A stretch of 36,876 bases of DNA from a virus (Duplodnaviria; Caudoviricetes). Shown piece after piece: positions 1 through 8,988 of this stretch (the first letter of the stretch is position 1; every line of letters starts with the position of its first letter). Both the position numbers and the translations under genes were made by a program. The DNA is taken from positions 1-36,876 of the IMG/VR virus record IMGVR_UViG_3300043416_000189; one strand, given 5' to 3'. The notes under the pieces were generated by a model. The model ran no database searches. It was not told where the DNA came from and saw nothing but the letters and a program-made list of their open reading frames with translations.

Positions 1-127
1 TTCATGCTACGCGCGGGAGGCCGTTGCAAGCGGTTCAGAACATGAACCTATGGCTCTCACGCGCGAACAAGCCCGAGCGCGTTGAGCACATCTTTGCGGT
101 CGATTCAGACGACGCCACCGCAGCCGT
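1..127. repeat. Terminal direct repeat, copy 1 (circular contig overlap)
   Basis: nt 1-127 are identical to 36750-36876. An ORF reads through the junction in frame, and 127 is a common assembler k-mer size. Confidence 0.97.
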
Positions 128-614
128 CCTGCAACGCTTCTGCGGAGTCTGCCAAGAGACGGACGGCGGATCAGTCGGAGCGTGGAATCTGGCTGCTAGC
201 GTGAGCACCGGTGACATCCTCGTGCAATTCTCTGATGACTTTGAATGTCCGCCTGGCTGGGATGACATGCTTGAAAGCCGCTTGGACATCAATGCCGAGA
301 AGGTTCTCCGCATATCGGACGGATACCGCACCGACGAACTCCTGCCGATGGCGATTTGCACACGGAAATTTTATGACAAGCAAGGACTCTTTCACCCCGA
401 TTTTAAAAACCAATTTTCAGACGCCGAGTTCACCATTCGCGCCGAGCAACTGGGCGCGATTGTGGACGCTCGCGACGTTGTTTTCGTTCATCACCATCCG
501 GCTTTTGAGCCAATTCCAAAGGATGCCACGCACGAGCGATGCAGTGACCCCATCGAACGCGAACGCGCAAAGAGAATCTTTGAAACACTAACCAAAAACC
601 CAACAAATCCATGA
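3..614 (+). CDS. C-terminal part (second GT2-like domain) of a 561-aa GT2/TPR-like/GT2 glycosyltransferase starting at 35678
   Basis: In frame with the ATG at 35678 across the junction. Motifs SLLHATR, VGAWNLAA, GDILVQFSDD and FSDAEF. Paralogous to the N-terminus of 611..1768. Confidence 0.88.
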   Translation, partial: HATRGRPLQAVQNMNLWLSRANKPERVEHIFAVDSDDATAAVLQRFCGVCQETDGGSVGAWNLAASVSTGDILVQFSDDFECPPGWDDMLESRLDINAEKVLRISDGYRTDELLPMAICTRKFYDKQGLFHPDFKNQFSDAEFTIRAEQLGAIVDARDVVFVHHHPAFEPIPKDATHERCSDPIERERAKRIFETLTKNPTNP

Positions 615-1768
615 AAAAAATCAGCCTGCTACACGCAACCCGAAACACACCACAACGCGCCCTAGCCACAAAACAAATCTGGCTTGAGCGCGCGACAAAT
701 CCCGAGAATGTTGAACACATTTTCGGCATTCAGTCCGACGATAAAGAGTCGCACTTGCAATTTGAAACCGCCGCGCTCAGCGTCCCGCCGCCCGAGTGGG
801 CATCTTCCAGCGTTGCGAATTGGAACTTGGCCGCCGCCTACGCAACCGGCGACATCCTTGTCGTCATTGCCGACGATCTCACGCCGCCGCAGGGCTGGGA
901 TGAAGAGCTGCAAAAACTCCCCGCAGGGAGTGAAGAATGGGCATGTTACGTGCCGGACTCGCTCCGTGAAGACGGCCTCATGTGCCATCCGGTTCTCTCT
1001 CGGGCGCTATACAATAAGCGCAAGTATGTTTTCCATCCCAATTATTACGGAGTTTTTTGCGACAACGATTTTACGACTCGCACGCAGCTTGAAGCGCCTG
1101 TTCTCCAGGTGAACGGATTGAAATGGCAGCACGATCACCCGATGAACGGCACGCGCCCGACTGACGCCATCGTTGGCCTTCAAAACTCCGATCGCGCCTA
1201 TCAATACGGCATGAATGCTTTCGTTTCACAGTGGCCTCTCATCAACATCTTCAACCGCTCGCGATCTATCGCCGGAGACATCAACGAACACATGCTCCGC
1301 CTTGCGCAGCTCGCGCGGCAATGCGATCACGTGACAGAGTTCGGAGTGCGCACAGGGATGTCCACCTACTCATTTCTGCACGGTCTATCAAACAAGCCAA
1401 ACACGAAGCTCCGCAGCTACGATCTTCACGACTTTTTCAACGTGCACGGCATCAGTTCGCAGCTTGCAATCGACTGGACATTCCAGCAGGGCAGCACGCT
1501 CGACGCTGAAACAATCGAACCGACCGACCTGCTTTTCATCGATACGCTTCACACCTACGCACAGGTAAAAGGCGAACTCGAAAAGCACGGCAACCAGGCG
1601 CGCAAATACATCGTCTTCCATGACACGGTTGCCTTTGGTGTTGTAGGCGAAGACAACGGCGCCGGAATCAACTTGGCAATCCAAGAGTTCTTACGCGACA
1701 ACGATCACTGGCATATCGCGGAGCATTACGAGAACTGCAACGGCCTCACCGTCCTCGCACGCAAATGA
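611..1768 (+). CDS. GT2-like glycosyltransferase fused to a class I SAM methyltransferase (Methyltransf_24-like)
   Basis: N-terminal SLLHATR, VANWNLAA, GDILVVIADD and FCDNDF. C-terminal VTEFGVRTGMST, DLLFIDTLHTY and IVFHDT. ATGA overlap with the upstream gene. Confidence 0.85.
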   Translation: MKKISLLHATRNTPQRALATKQIWLERATNPENVEHIFGIQSDDKESHLQFETAALSVPPPEWASSSVANWNLAAAYATGDILVVIADDLTPPQGWDEELQKLPAGSEEWACYVPDSLREDGLMCHPVLSRALYNKRKYVFHPNYYGVFCDNDFTTRTQLEAPVLQVNGLKWQHDHPMNGTRPTDAIVGLQNSDRAYQYGMNAFVSQWPLINIFNRSRSIAGDINEHMLRLAQLARQCDHVTEFGVRTGMSTYSFLHGLSNKPNTKLRSYDLHDFFNVHGISSQLAIDWTFQQGSTLDAETIEPTDLLFIDTLHTYAQVKGELEKHGNQARKYIVFHDTVAFGVVGEDNGAGINLAIQEFLRDNDHWHIAEHYENCNGLTVLARK

Positions 1769-2460
1769 GTACGACACACTCAGTCTGGATCGGGCCGCGC
1801 CTCGGCCTGATGGAAAAACTCACGCTTCAGCTTTTACTTGAAGTCGGACACAAGCCGATTCTCTGGACCAATCAAAAAGTCGCTGGCGTTCCCGACTTGG
1901 TGGAAGTGCGCCAAGTCCCGAAGGACTACGTGCAGCCGGTTGGATTCGCAGGCAATCCGCACACCGGCATTCCGAACGGCGGCATCGGCTCGTTTGCACA
2001 TTGGAGCGATTACTTCGCCTTCAAGATCCTTCACGATTACGGTGGGATCTGGGTGCAGATGGACGTGGCAGTCACGAAGAAGATCGTCGCGGAGGATTAC
2101 ACCTTCACGCCGTGGCTCTCGATGATCTCGCCTGTTGTCATGGCCATTCCGAAAGGCTCTGCCTACGCCTCAGAAATGTCTGATATTATCGGCGACATGC
2201 TCAAGGATGGCATGGCTGGACGCGACTGGCACGAAGCCATGATTGCAATGATTCAAGGCCTCCAGCGCAGTGGGATTTCATTCCGCACATTCGAAAATTA
2301 CTTCGACTGCGGCGGCGTGGCAGGCTCTCCATACACGCATCCGGTGGCGACACCCTACGACATCATCCACTGGTCGAACGCAACGCACAATACGAGCAAG
2401 GAAACGCCAACACGGGGCAGTGAGTATCACCGGCTCTGCAAGAGCGTGGGCTTAATTTGA
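1765..2460 (+). CDS. GT32/OCH1-like (sugar-binding DxD family) glycosyltransferase with a degenerate DxD
   Basis: HSVWIG at the N-terminus. SDYFAFKILHDYGGIWVQMDV resembles the family signature SDxxRxxxLxxYGGxWxDxD. Confidence 0.7.
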   Translation: MSTTHSVWIGPRLGLMEKLTLQLLLEVGHKPILWTNQKVAGVPDLVEVRQVPKDYVQPVGFAGNPHTGIPNGGIGSFAHWSDYFAFKILHDYGGIWVQMDVAVTKKIVAEDYTFTPWLSMISPVVMAIPKGSAYASEMSDIIGDMLKDGMAGRDWHEAMIAMIQGLQRSGISFRTFENYFDCGGVAGSPYTHPVATPYDIIHWSNATHNTSKETPTRGSEYHRLCKSVGLI

Positions 2461-2476
2461 CGAAACCGGCACAATG
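2457..2476 (+). promoter_or_regulatory. Late-gene motif TTGACG-N6-GC, 19 nt before GTG 2476
   Basis: TTGACGAAACCGGCACAAT|GTG. Confidence 0.7.
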
Positions 2477-2784
2477 TGAGCCTTGCCACTTATTTTGCTG
2501 CCGACTTTGCCGCCGTCCTTGGGGAACTACCGATCACCGTCACGTTTCAAGGCTCTACATTCTCGGCAAATCGGACAACATTTCGCTGCGAGAACAGCGT
2601 CGGGGATGGCGGATTTATGACGCAAATTGCGATGGTAATCACCGCGCCTTACAATTCCGTAACGCAGCAAATCAACCTTGGCGACGTGGTGGCGATTGAC
2701 GCTGCCAGCTTCCGCGTCGTCTCTGCGGAGTTGGCACAAGATGCCGTCTCAGTGGACTTCGCACTTCAGGACGTGAACAAATGA
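2476..2784 (+). CDS. Head-tail joining/closure protein (gpFII-like)
   Basis: 102-aa beta-rich ORF with GDVVAIDAASFRVV pattern, located between head and tail genes. Confidence 0.6.
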   Translation: MSLATYFAADFAAVLGELPITVTFQGSTFSANRTTFRCENSVGDGGFMTQIAMVITAPYNSVTQQINLGDVVAIDAASFRVVSAELAQDAVSVDFALQDVNK

Positions 2785-3251
2785 TTTTTTTCTCGACAAC
2801 ACCCGAACCGAAAAGCGCGGTCGCGACTACGACGCGCACGCTTGAAAAGGCAATCACCGACGCTTTTATTCGATATTTGCAGGCTGAATTTCAGAATGAC
2901 TTGACTGTCACATCGTCGGAGAACTTCGCCGCAATGACGTTGCCAGCGTGCTTTGTAAAGGCAACCCGGCAGTCGGAGTCGATTACGAACAGCGCAATTT
3001 TTCAATTCACGATTGACGTTGTTTTGGCAGTCCAAGCAGACGACGCAAACGCGCAAACTCTCGAAAATCTCTGGGCTGAATTACTGTGTGTGACACACGA
3101 TGTCTTTGGAATCGTGGACAAGCTCAACGCTATCGAGCCTAAATCCTGCCAAGTGTACGGCGTGTTGAGAGATGGGCCGGTTGCCCTCTCGACAACCGAC
3201 CGGCACTTTTTGCGCAGCGTCTCCGTGACGGTCCACACTGGGCTTCTCTAA
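2781..3251 (+). CDS. Putative tail terminator/completion protein
   Basis: 156 aa with an LPACFV motif, just upstream of the tail tube gene (synteny). Confidence 0.5.
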   Translation: MIFFSTTPEPKSAVATTTRTLEKAITDAFIRYLQAEFQNDLTVTSSENFAAMTLPACFVKATRQSESITNSAIFQFTIDVVLAVQADDANAQTLENLWAELLCVTHDVFGIVDKLNAIEPKSCQVYGVLRDGPVALSTTDRHFLRSVSVTVHTGLL

Positions 3252-3252
3252 G

Positions 3253-3618
3253 GTGAGAGCCGCGCTCGCCATCCTGCTTCTCGCATTGTCGGCATGCACT
3301 CCGACAAACCCTGAGCGGTGGATGGAAATGGAAAAGAACGCTTGCATGCCGACCGCAATCGCGATGGACGCAGGGCTTCGCAGGCAGGGCATCACCAGCC
3401 GCGTCTTGCAATACGGATACCAGCGCAACGGCAAGATCGCTGGGCATGCCGTGACGACATACTTCTTCGCGCCTGGCGAGAACAAGCTTTGGGCGTACGA
3501 CTTTGAAGGCAGCACGCGCATCCGCGCGTTTATCGACAATCCCATTCAGATCGCGACGCAGGCGGAGATTGCGCGCGGGCGTAATACGCGCGTCGTCTTT
3601 GCCGAGTTCCTCAACTGA
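3253..3618 (+). CDS. Lipoprotein with a papain/transglutaminase-like Cys-His-Asp pattern
   Basis: Signal peptide and lipobox LALSA-C, followed by NAC...GHAV...WAYD. Confidence 0.55.
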   Translation: MRAALAILLLALSACTPTNPERWMEMEKNACMPTAIAMDAGLRRQGITSRVLQYGYQRNGKIAGHAVTTYFFAPGENKLWAYDFEGSTRIRAFIDNPIQIATQAEIARGRNTRVVFAEFLN

Positions 3619-3619
3619 G

Positions 3620-3639
3620 TTGACAGTTTTTGCGAGGTA
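3620..3639 (+). promoter_or_regulatory. Late-gene motif TTGACA-N6-GC, 19 nt before ATG 3639
   Basis: TTGACAGTTTTTGCGAGGT|ATG. Confidence 0.75.
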
Positions 3640-4010
3640 TGGCCGCATCTGTCATCACCTCATCCTCTGCCGCGAGTGTTACTTTCGGCGCAACCGCCGA
3701 AACCGGCATCATCCTCTCCTCGTTCAACCGCTCCGTCCAAGGACAGAAGGCTGAACTCATGGACGAAGATGGCGATATTGTCGCCATCTCGACCTACGGA
3801 CGCACCGCAACCATCTCGATCTCAGGCGCAATCAACGGCGCAAGCGGAGTTGCCACAGCATCCGTCGGCAGCCTCTTGACCATCGCAAATGCTACGACCG
3901 AGTTCGGCGTGACCGGCGGCAAGATCGTTGTCGACAGCGTTTCTTCCGAGCAAAGCAGCGACACATTCCGCACCATGACGATTCAGGCAACGCAGTATCC
4001 GAGCATGTAA
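3639..4010 (+). CDS. Major tail tube protein
   Basis: 123-aa S/T/G/A-rich beta protein upstream of the chaperone and tape measure genes, followed by a hairpin. ATG 3639 is preferred over TTG 3630. Confidence 0.65.
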   Translation: MAASVITSSSAASVTFGATAETGIILSSFNRSVQGQKAELMDEDGDIVAISTYGRTATISISGAINGASGVATASVGSLLTIANATTEFGVTGGKIVVDSVSSEQSSDTFRTMTIQATQYPSM

Positions 4011-4036
4011 TTTCTCGCACCCGCTCGCACGCGCCC

Positions 4037-4069
4037 GCTGACAGACCGGCTAAAGTCTGTCGCCTTTTT
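4037..4069 (+). terminator. Probable intrinsic terminator/attenuator after the tail tube gene
   Basis: GACAGAC-8 nt loop-GTCTGTC followed by GCCTTTTT. Confidence 0.55.
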
Positions 4070-4074
4070 AAAAT

Positions 4075-4488
4075 ATGAACACCGAGACGATTAACGACAG
4101 GGAGCAGTATTTCTACACTCCGAACCTAAAGGTTGCCACAGCGATGGTGACTCTCGGCTTTCTCCCCAAAATGCCTTGCCCGATTACGCGCACCGTGCGC
4201 TCAGACGGGCGGGAGTCTACCGTTTTTTGGCTTGACGCCGTGAATGACAAGGGCCAGCGCGCGGAGGATGTCTTTGCCGGGATGACCAAGGGCGGCGAGG
4301 CACTCAACGAAAGCGACCCTGAGAACCCGATAAACTACATCCGCGCCGCACTCGCGAATCGCGATGTGCTCGTGGACTGGATTCGCAACACACCGCGCCG
4401 GATCGAAGTCGAAATCAAGGGCAAGCGACTCCTCATCCGCGAAGACGCAACCGACGAAGACAAAAAAGAAATCATCCAAAACTTATGA
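4075..4488 (+). CDS. Hypothetical protein (tail region)
   Basis: 137-aa ORF with an A-rich leader and ATGA overlap with the next gene. Confidence 0.75.
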   Translation: MNTETINDREQYFYTPNLKVATAMVTLGFLPKMPCPITRTVRSDGRESTVFWLDAVNDKGQRAEDVFAGMTKGGEALNESDPENPINYIRAALANRDVLVDWIRNTPRRIEVEIKGKRLLIREDATDEDKKEIIQNL

Positions 4489-4874
4489 ACACCGAACTAC
4501 TAACAGACGACGAAGTGCTCCGCGAAGCGGGCATGCGTGAGGGAACCCGCAAAACAGGCAAGTGGAAACTCAGGCCGTGCGTGCCTGGCACGATCTCCAT
4601 CATTCGCTCAAACATGCTGGAGAAGCGCGACGAGTTCTGGTTTGTGGCAGCATTTGCTTTTGTGCATATCGCACCGCTTGAGGACGTGCTTGCCGTGGAC
4701 AGCGATCAGATCGCGTTCAATAAGGCCGTGCGCCGTTGGCAGCTCGACAACCTAACGACAATCGACGAACAGAACGAACTCTCTGCTCTCGTGTCCGCAG
4801 CGTGGGACAAGGTGAACGCTGCCGAAACTAAAGCCCAACACGCTTCAGGAGCGAGTCCGAGCGGGGGAAAGTAG
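4485..4874 (+). CDS. Tail assembly chaperone (gpG-like)
   Basis: Lies between tube and tape measure genes and ends in G GGA AAG TAG, the lambda G-T slippery heptamer. Confidence 0.8.
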   Translation: MNTELLTDDEVLREAGMREGTRKTGKWKLRPCVPGTISIIRSNMLEKRDEFWFVAAFAFVHIAPLEDVLAVDSDQIAFNKAVRRWQLDNLTTIDEQNELSALVSAAWDKVNAAETKAQHASGASPSGGK

Positions 4875-5125
4875 CATCCCCCAACTGGCTCGCGTCTTAC
4901 GTCTTCAGGCTCGCGAGCGCGACCGGCTGGGGGTTCAAAGAGTGCATGTGGGAAATCCCGTATGCGGCTGGCTTGCAAATTCTCGACGCCGATTCTTTCG
5001 CTCGTGGCATCCCGCGCGTGTACACGCGAAGCAATGAGAGGGAAGATTTTGACGCGCTCGCCGAAATAGAGCGGATTCTCAAAACTCACAAAACTCACAA
5101 AACTCACAATGGCGGGGAAATTTAA
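4871..5125 (+). CDS. -1 frameshift extension of the tail chaperone (gpT-like; fused product 4485..5125, about 213 aa)
   Basis: The -1 frame after GGGAAAG (4865-4871) is open for 84 codons: VASPNWLASYVFRLASATGWGFKECMWEIPY...NGGEI*. Not in the ORF track. Confidence 0.8.
   Translation, partial: VASPNWLASYVFRLASATGWGFKECMWEIPYAAGLQILDADSFARGIPRVYTRSNEREDFDALAEIERILKTHKTHKTHNGGEI
5081..5107 (+). repeat. Tandem repeat (AAAACTCAC)x3
   Basis: Encodes KTH x3 in the gpT frame and forms the leader of ATG 5109. Confidence 0.9.
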
Positions 5126-5897
5126 ATTCGACAAACAGAAGTTCGTGGAAATCCTTAAGGATTATTCCGAGATCGTTGAGAAGTCGATTCCCGATTGCGT
5201 GGCTCTCAATGCTCGCCTGCTTTGCGTAGAGTTAGCGAGGCGGACGCAGCCGTTCGGAACGAAGCCTGACGCTGGAGCCAAGCGCGTTGAATTGGATATT
5301 GGAAAGATTATTAAGACCGACCAAGCACTTGACGATATGGTTGCCGAAGTCTCAACCGAGAAAATCCGCAATCGCTTGCAAACTTTGGTGAAACAAAAGC
5401 GTTACGATGTCATCAAGATCATTCTGGAGCGGATTGGATTTTTGAAGAAGTGGGGCGAGCTTGAAGTCACAAACGACTTCAAAGCCATACACCAAGAGCA
5501 TCGCAAGCCGCGAGACGGGCGCACGCGAAACAGGGGTAACAAACTCTACATTGCCGAAGGAGACTTGCCTGGCTACATCGAAAGCGTCGCCAAGCGCGTC
5601 GGCATTGCAAAGTCTGGCTGGGCACGTTGCGCGGAGCAGCTTCCGCGAGTCATAAGCGGGAAGATGACACGAGGGATTCCCGACTGGGTCGTGGATCAGA
5701 CAAAGGCGACCGGCGAAATAGAAAACCACCTCGGGGACACATCGAACCCGCGAGTGCTGATGACAAACAAAGTGCCGTGGCTTAGTCGCATCTGCCCGCC
5801 AAGCGAACAGCTCAAAGCCTCGCAGGTCGTAGTCGCCAAAATGAAAAAGCAGATGGAGACGATCTTGAAGAAGCGAAAGAAGACTTTGACGGAGTGA
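5109..5897 (+). CDS. Putative neck/tail morphogenesis protein (basic)
   Basis: 262-aa K/R-rich ORF within the tail module. The function is inferred from position only. Confidence 0.45.
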   Translation: MAGKFKFDKQKFVEILKDYSEIVEKSIPDCVALNARLLCVELARRTQPFGTKPDAGAKRVELDIGKIIKTDQALDDMVAEVSTEKIRNRLQTLVKQKRYDVIKIILERIGFLKKWGELEVTNDFKAIHQEHRKPRDGRTRNRGNKLYIAEGDLPGYIESVAKRVGIAKSGWARCAEQLPRVISGKMTRGIPDWVVDQTKATGEIENHLGDTSNPRVLMTNKVPWLSRICPPSEQLKASQVVVAKMKKQMETILKKRKKTLTE

Positions 5898-5904
5898 CCT
5901 AGTA
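5886..5904 (+). promoter_or_regulatory. Late-gene motif TTGACG-N6-CC, 18 nt before the tape measure ATG
   Basis: TTGACGGAGTGACCTAGT|ATG. Confidence 0.65.
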
Positions 5905-8234
5905 TGGCTGATGTCACAGTAGAATTTGGAGCAAAGGACGCGGGACTATCGCAGACGTTGAAGAACGTCCAAAAGGAACTCGCCGAACTTGACACGCAGC
6001 AAAGAACAACGGCGATGTCCGCCGATGAGTTTCAAAAAACTCTCAGTCGCACCAAGCAGCTTGAGGGGATGGAGAAAAAACTTAGGTCGATGGGGGACTC
6101 AGCTTCAGACACAGCGCCCAAAATTGATCGACTCGGGAAAGAATTGCAGGACGTTGGCAACAAATCCGAAAATGCTGGCGGATTATTTGACTCGTCATTT
6201 GCAAAAATTACAGGCGCATTTACGCTTGGAAATATCGCCGCCGCTGGATTTAACAAGGCGATCAACCTTGCATTTAGCGGAGCGCAATCGGTGGCTCGGG
6301 GATTTGGTGACGCGCTTGATCTTGGCGGACGGCTTACGGATCTAAGCGCACGAACAGGTGAGGCCGCAGGCAAGTTGCTCGTATTGGAAACGGCTTTTAA
6401 AAACGCAGGACTCGGAGCCGAGATGGTAGGAACCGTCATAAACAAGCTGCAAAACTTTATGCAGGACGCGGCCAACGGCGGAGACAAACAAGCCACCGCA
6501 ATGACCGACCTGGGGATTTCGTTGGCAGAACTCAAAGGCAAGACACCTACCGAGCAGATGAAGGTTTTTGCCGACAAGATCGCGGCGATTGAAGATCCTA
6601 CGCAGAGAGCAGCGATGGCATCCGAAGTATTCGGTGACAAGCTTGGCGGTAAGTTGCTCCCACTTCTAACGGACTTCTCACCGGCGTTGGCTGATGCTCG
6701 CGGAAAAGTCGGATCGCTGGAACGCGTGATGAACGAAAACGCTGCGACGTTTGACGCAGCGGGCGAAACAATCGATGCCGTAAAAGGGAAGATGGCGGCA
6801 TTTGCTGCCGGTATTTTGAGCGAGGTTATTCCTGCCGTGGGTGGCTTAGGTGCTAGCATGGAAAAAGTGGACGCCGCTGGATTCGGCCAACGTGTCGGAG
6901 AATACCTGACTCCTCTAATTCAAGACCTAACAAATGCGACGAAAGGAGCGGCTTCCGCGCTGGGAGATATTTCTAACGCCAACACAAAAGCCGCTAACGA
7001 CACTGGAATCCTCGGATCTGCTTATCGTGGCGTGACAACATCGCTTGATGGATTCAATCAAATGATGGCCGATGCGTTTAAGTATTATACGCCATTTGGA
7101 TTCGCTATGAGCTACCTTGTGAAACGAGGCGAGGATTTAAGCGCTAGCCAAAAAGATGTCGGAACAACCGTTGCGACTTCCACCGGAAAAATTGAAGAGC
7201 TTGGAGAAAAAGCGAAAGAAACAGGCGCGGAAATTGGATCGGCATTTAATCTCAACTCAGACTTCAAGACTGCCATCGACGGGATCAGCTCTGCCTGGTC
7301 GAATTTCAACAGCGAGATAACTGGAACTACGCCACTGCTCGAAAGCAACTATTCGTATGCCGACTCTATCGCTGGGAAAATCGACGAGCAAACGCAAGGG
7401 ATCGGAGACTTAAACAAACAGCTCGATCTCTCCAAGAAACTCGAAGAGCAAATTAACAACATCAAGACCGTCCGCGTCGAAAAAGAAAAAGAATCAGCAG
7501 CCAAGGAAGCCGAACGCCAGTCCGATCTCCGCGAAAATCTTGAACTCGACCTGCAATCACTAAAGGCAAAGATCAGCGGAAACGAGCAAGAGCAAAAAGC
7601 GGTGCAATATAAAAAGGATTACAACGCCGCGCTAAAGCAGGCCATCGACGCAGGCATGGGCCAACCTGAAGCGAAATCATTTGCGGATGAAATTGCCCGC
7701 GCTCGCCAAGATCAGGCAGGCATGAATAAAGAATTATCAAAATCAGCCAGCATCCTGAAAAGCATTGCGGAAGCTGAATCGCAGCAGAGCATCGACAAGG
7801 GCGGGCGCTTGCAACAACGCGCTGAGAAGCAAATCCAAAAAGGACAATTTGAGTTAGCAAAAAGAACCGCCGAGCAGATCCGTCAAAGCGAAGTCGAGTC
7901 GAGCATTCGAGGGGAAGGATCAGGCCGCGACACCCGCAGCATGTACGATATTGGAAAATCTCTCGGGCTGAGTAAGCAGGACAAAGAAACAGGCTCCGAG
8001 TTTGCCCAGCGCGTCAAAGACGTTCAAGAGGGCAAGTCTGAAGTCATAGACAAATTTGGAAGGTCTAAAAAAAGGGACGGTCAACCGGAAGTCGACAGGC
8101 CCGGCGAGGACGGAAAAACAAAGCGAGACATGGAAAAGGAGAAACAGAAGCCTCTCGAAACTCTTGTGCTTGAAATCAAAAACCTTGTCGCAAAAATCGA
8201 ACCGAAACTCCCACAGCAAGCACTAGCATACTAA
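5904..8234 (+). CDS. Tail tape measure protein
   Basis: 776-aa A/G-rich helical protein with the typical DLSARTG...LGIS...VFG...LLPLL core, downstream of the frameshifted chaperone. Confidence 0.9.
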   Translation: MADVTVEFGAKDAGLSQTLKNVQKELAELDTQQRTTAMSADEFQKTLSRTKQLEGMEKKLRSMGDSASDTAPKIDRLGKELQDVGNKSENAGGLFDSSFAKITGAFTLGNIAAAGFNKAINLAFSGAQSVARGFGDALDLGGRLTDLSARTGEAAGKLLVLETAFKNAGLGAEMVGTVINKLQNFMQDAANGGDKQATAMTDLGISLAELKGKTPTEQMKVFADKIAAIEDPTQRAAMASEVFGDKLGGKLLPLLTDFSPALADARGKVGSLERVMNENAATFDAAGETIDAVKGKMAAFAAGILSEVIPAVGGLGASMEKVDAAGFGQRVGEYLTPLIQDLTNATKGAASALGDISNANTKAANDTGILGSAYRGVTTSLDGFNQMMADAFKYYTPFGFAMSYLVKRGEDLSASQKDVGTTVATSTGKIEELGEKAKETGAEIGSAFNLNSDFKTAIDGISSAWSNFNSEITGTTPLLESNYSYADSIAGKIDEQTQGIGDLNKQLDLSKKLEEQINNIKTVRVEKEKESAAKEAERQSDLRENLELDLQSLKAKISGNEQEQKAVQYKKDYNAALKQAIDAGMGQPEAKSFADEIARARQDQAGMNKELSKSASILKSIAEAESQQSIDKGGRLQQRAEKQIQKGQFELAKRTAEQIRQSEVESSIRGEGSGRDTRSMYDIGKSLGLSKQDKETGSEFAQRVKDVQEGKSEVIDKFGRSKKRDGQPEVDRPGEDGKTKRDMEKEKQKPLETLVLEIKNLVAKIEPKLPQQALAY

Positions 8235-8235
8235 A

Positions 8236-8985
8236 ATGGCCTACACATACCACGGCACACGCAATCTCATCACGGCACCAGGCAGGGCCGTGCAGACCTT
8301 CCCGAGCGGCCTTGTGCGGGTGGAGCGCACATACATTTGCCGACGCGGCGACGAGAATCGCTATCGCTCAGAGTTGGCGGTGGGGAACCTATTGCCAGAT
8401 GACGAGGGGACGCCTGCAATAGACGGGCTTTATATTTACCCTGACCCGCAGGAGCAGACGCGCGAGGATGGGTTTACCGAGTTTCGAGTAACGGCCTACG
8501 GGCGGACAAATACGACGGGGAATATCGAGCGGCTGGGAGTTATTGAGAGACTAACAGGCAGCTCTGGAACTAAGCACTTCGATTTTCTTTATGAGAATTA
8601 CATTTTCACCAGAGTGCTCCCAAGCAATGTTTCGTTGGCTCAAATTTTTGAACCTCCGCAAATCGACATTGTGACAGAGGTCCAGCCATCTTCGGACATC
8701 GCTTCTTTTACGAAATATGATGGGCCTATAAATCTGGGTTATTTCGGGTACAGGAGAATCATACCGGCGTCCGCGCAGGCTTTCGTTATCTCTGAACAGC
8801 CGTTTTTACAAGGCGGATACAGCTTTGCAACATTCAGCCTCTACTCTGTCGCGAAGGGCATTTTCTACGTGAACCATACAACGAAAAACTTTGGTTCATT
8901 TAGCGAGTATGTCATCTCGTACAATCAAGATGTTCCTCGGCGACTTGAAGACTTGAGCACAATAAATTTCTTGCCCGTTGCATAA
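8236..8985 (+). CDS. Putative tail tip protein
   Basis: 249 aa, immediately after the tape measure gene. The 3' half is visibly AT-richer. Confidence 0.5.
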   Translation: MAYTYHGTRNLITAPGRAVQTFPSGLVRVERTYICRRGDENRYRSELAVGNLLPDDEGTPAIDGLYIYPDPQEQTREDGFTEFRVTAYGRTNTTGNIERLGVIERLTGSSGTKHFDFLYENYIFTRVLPSNVSLAQIFEPPQIDIVTEVQPSSDIASFTKYDGPINLGYFGYRRIIPASAQAFVISEQPFLQGGYSFATFSLYSVAKGIFYVNHTTKNFGSFSEYVISYNQDVPRRLEDLSTINFLPVA

Positions 8986-8988
8986 CCT

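Noticed and set aside
3620-3641. TTGACA motif as an ordinary sigma70 -35 box, a sigma54 promoter or a stop-codon artefact
   Set aside because: The sigma70 -10 would lie inside the CDS, the spacing does not fit sigma54 GG-N10-GC, and the TGA serves as a stop in only two of the ten copies (2458, 27621).
6032-6859. Long minus-strand ORFs (also 35624..36403, 16567..17244, 29194..29781)
   Set aside because: They are antisense shadows of well-supported + strand genes and contain no recognisable motifs.
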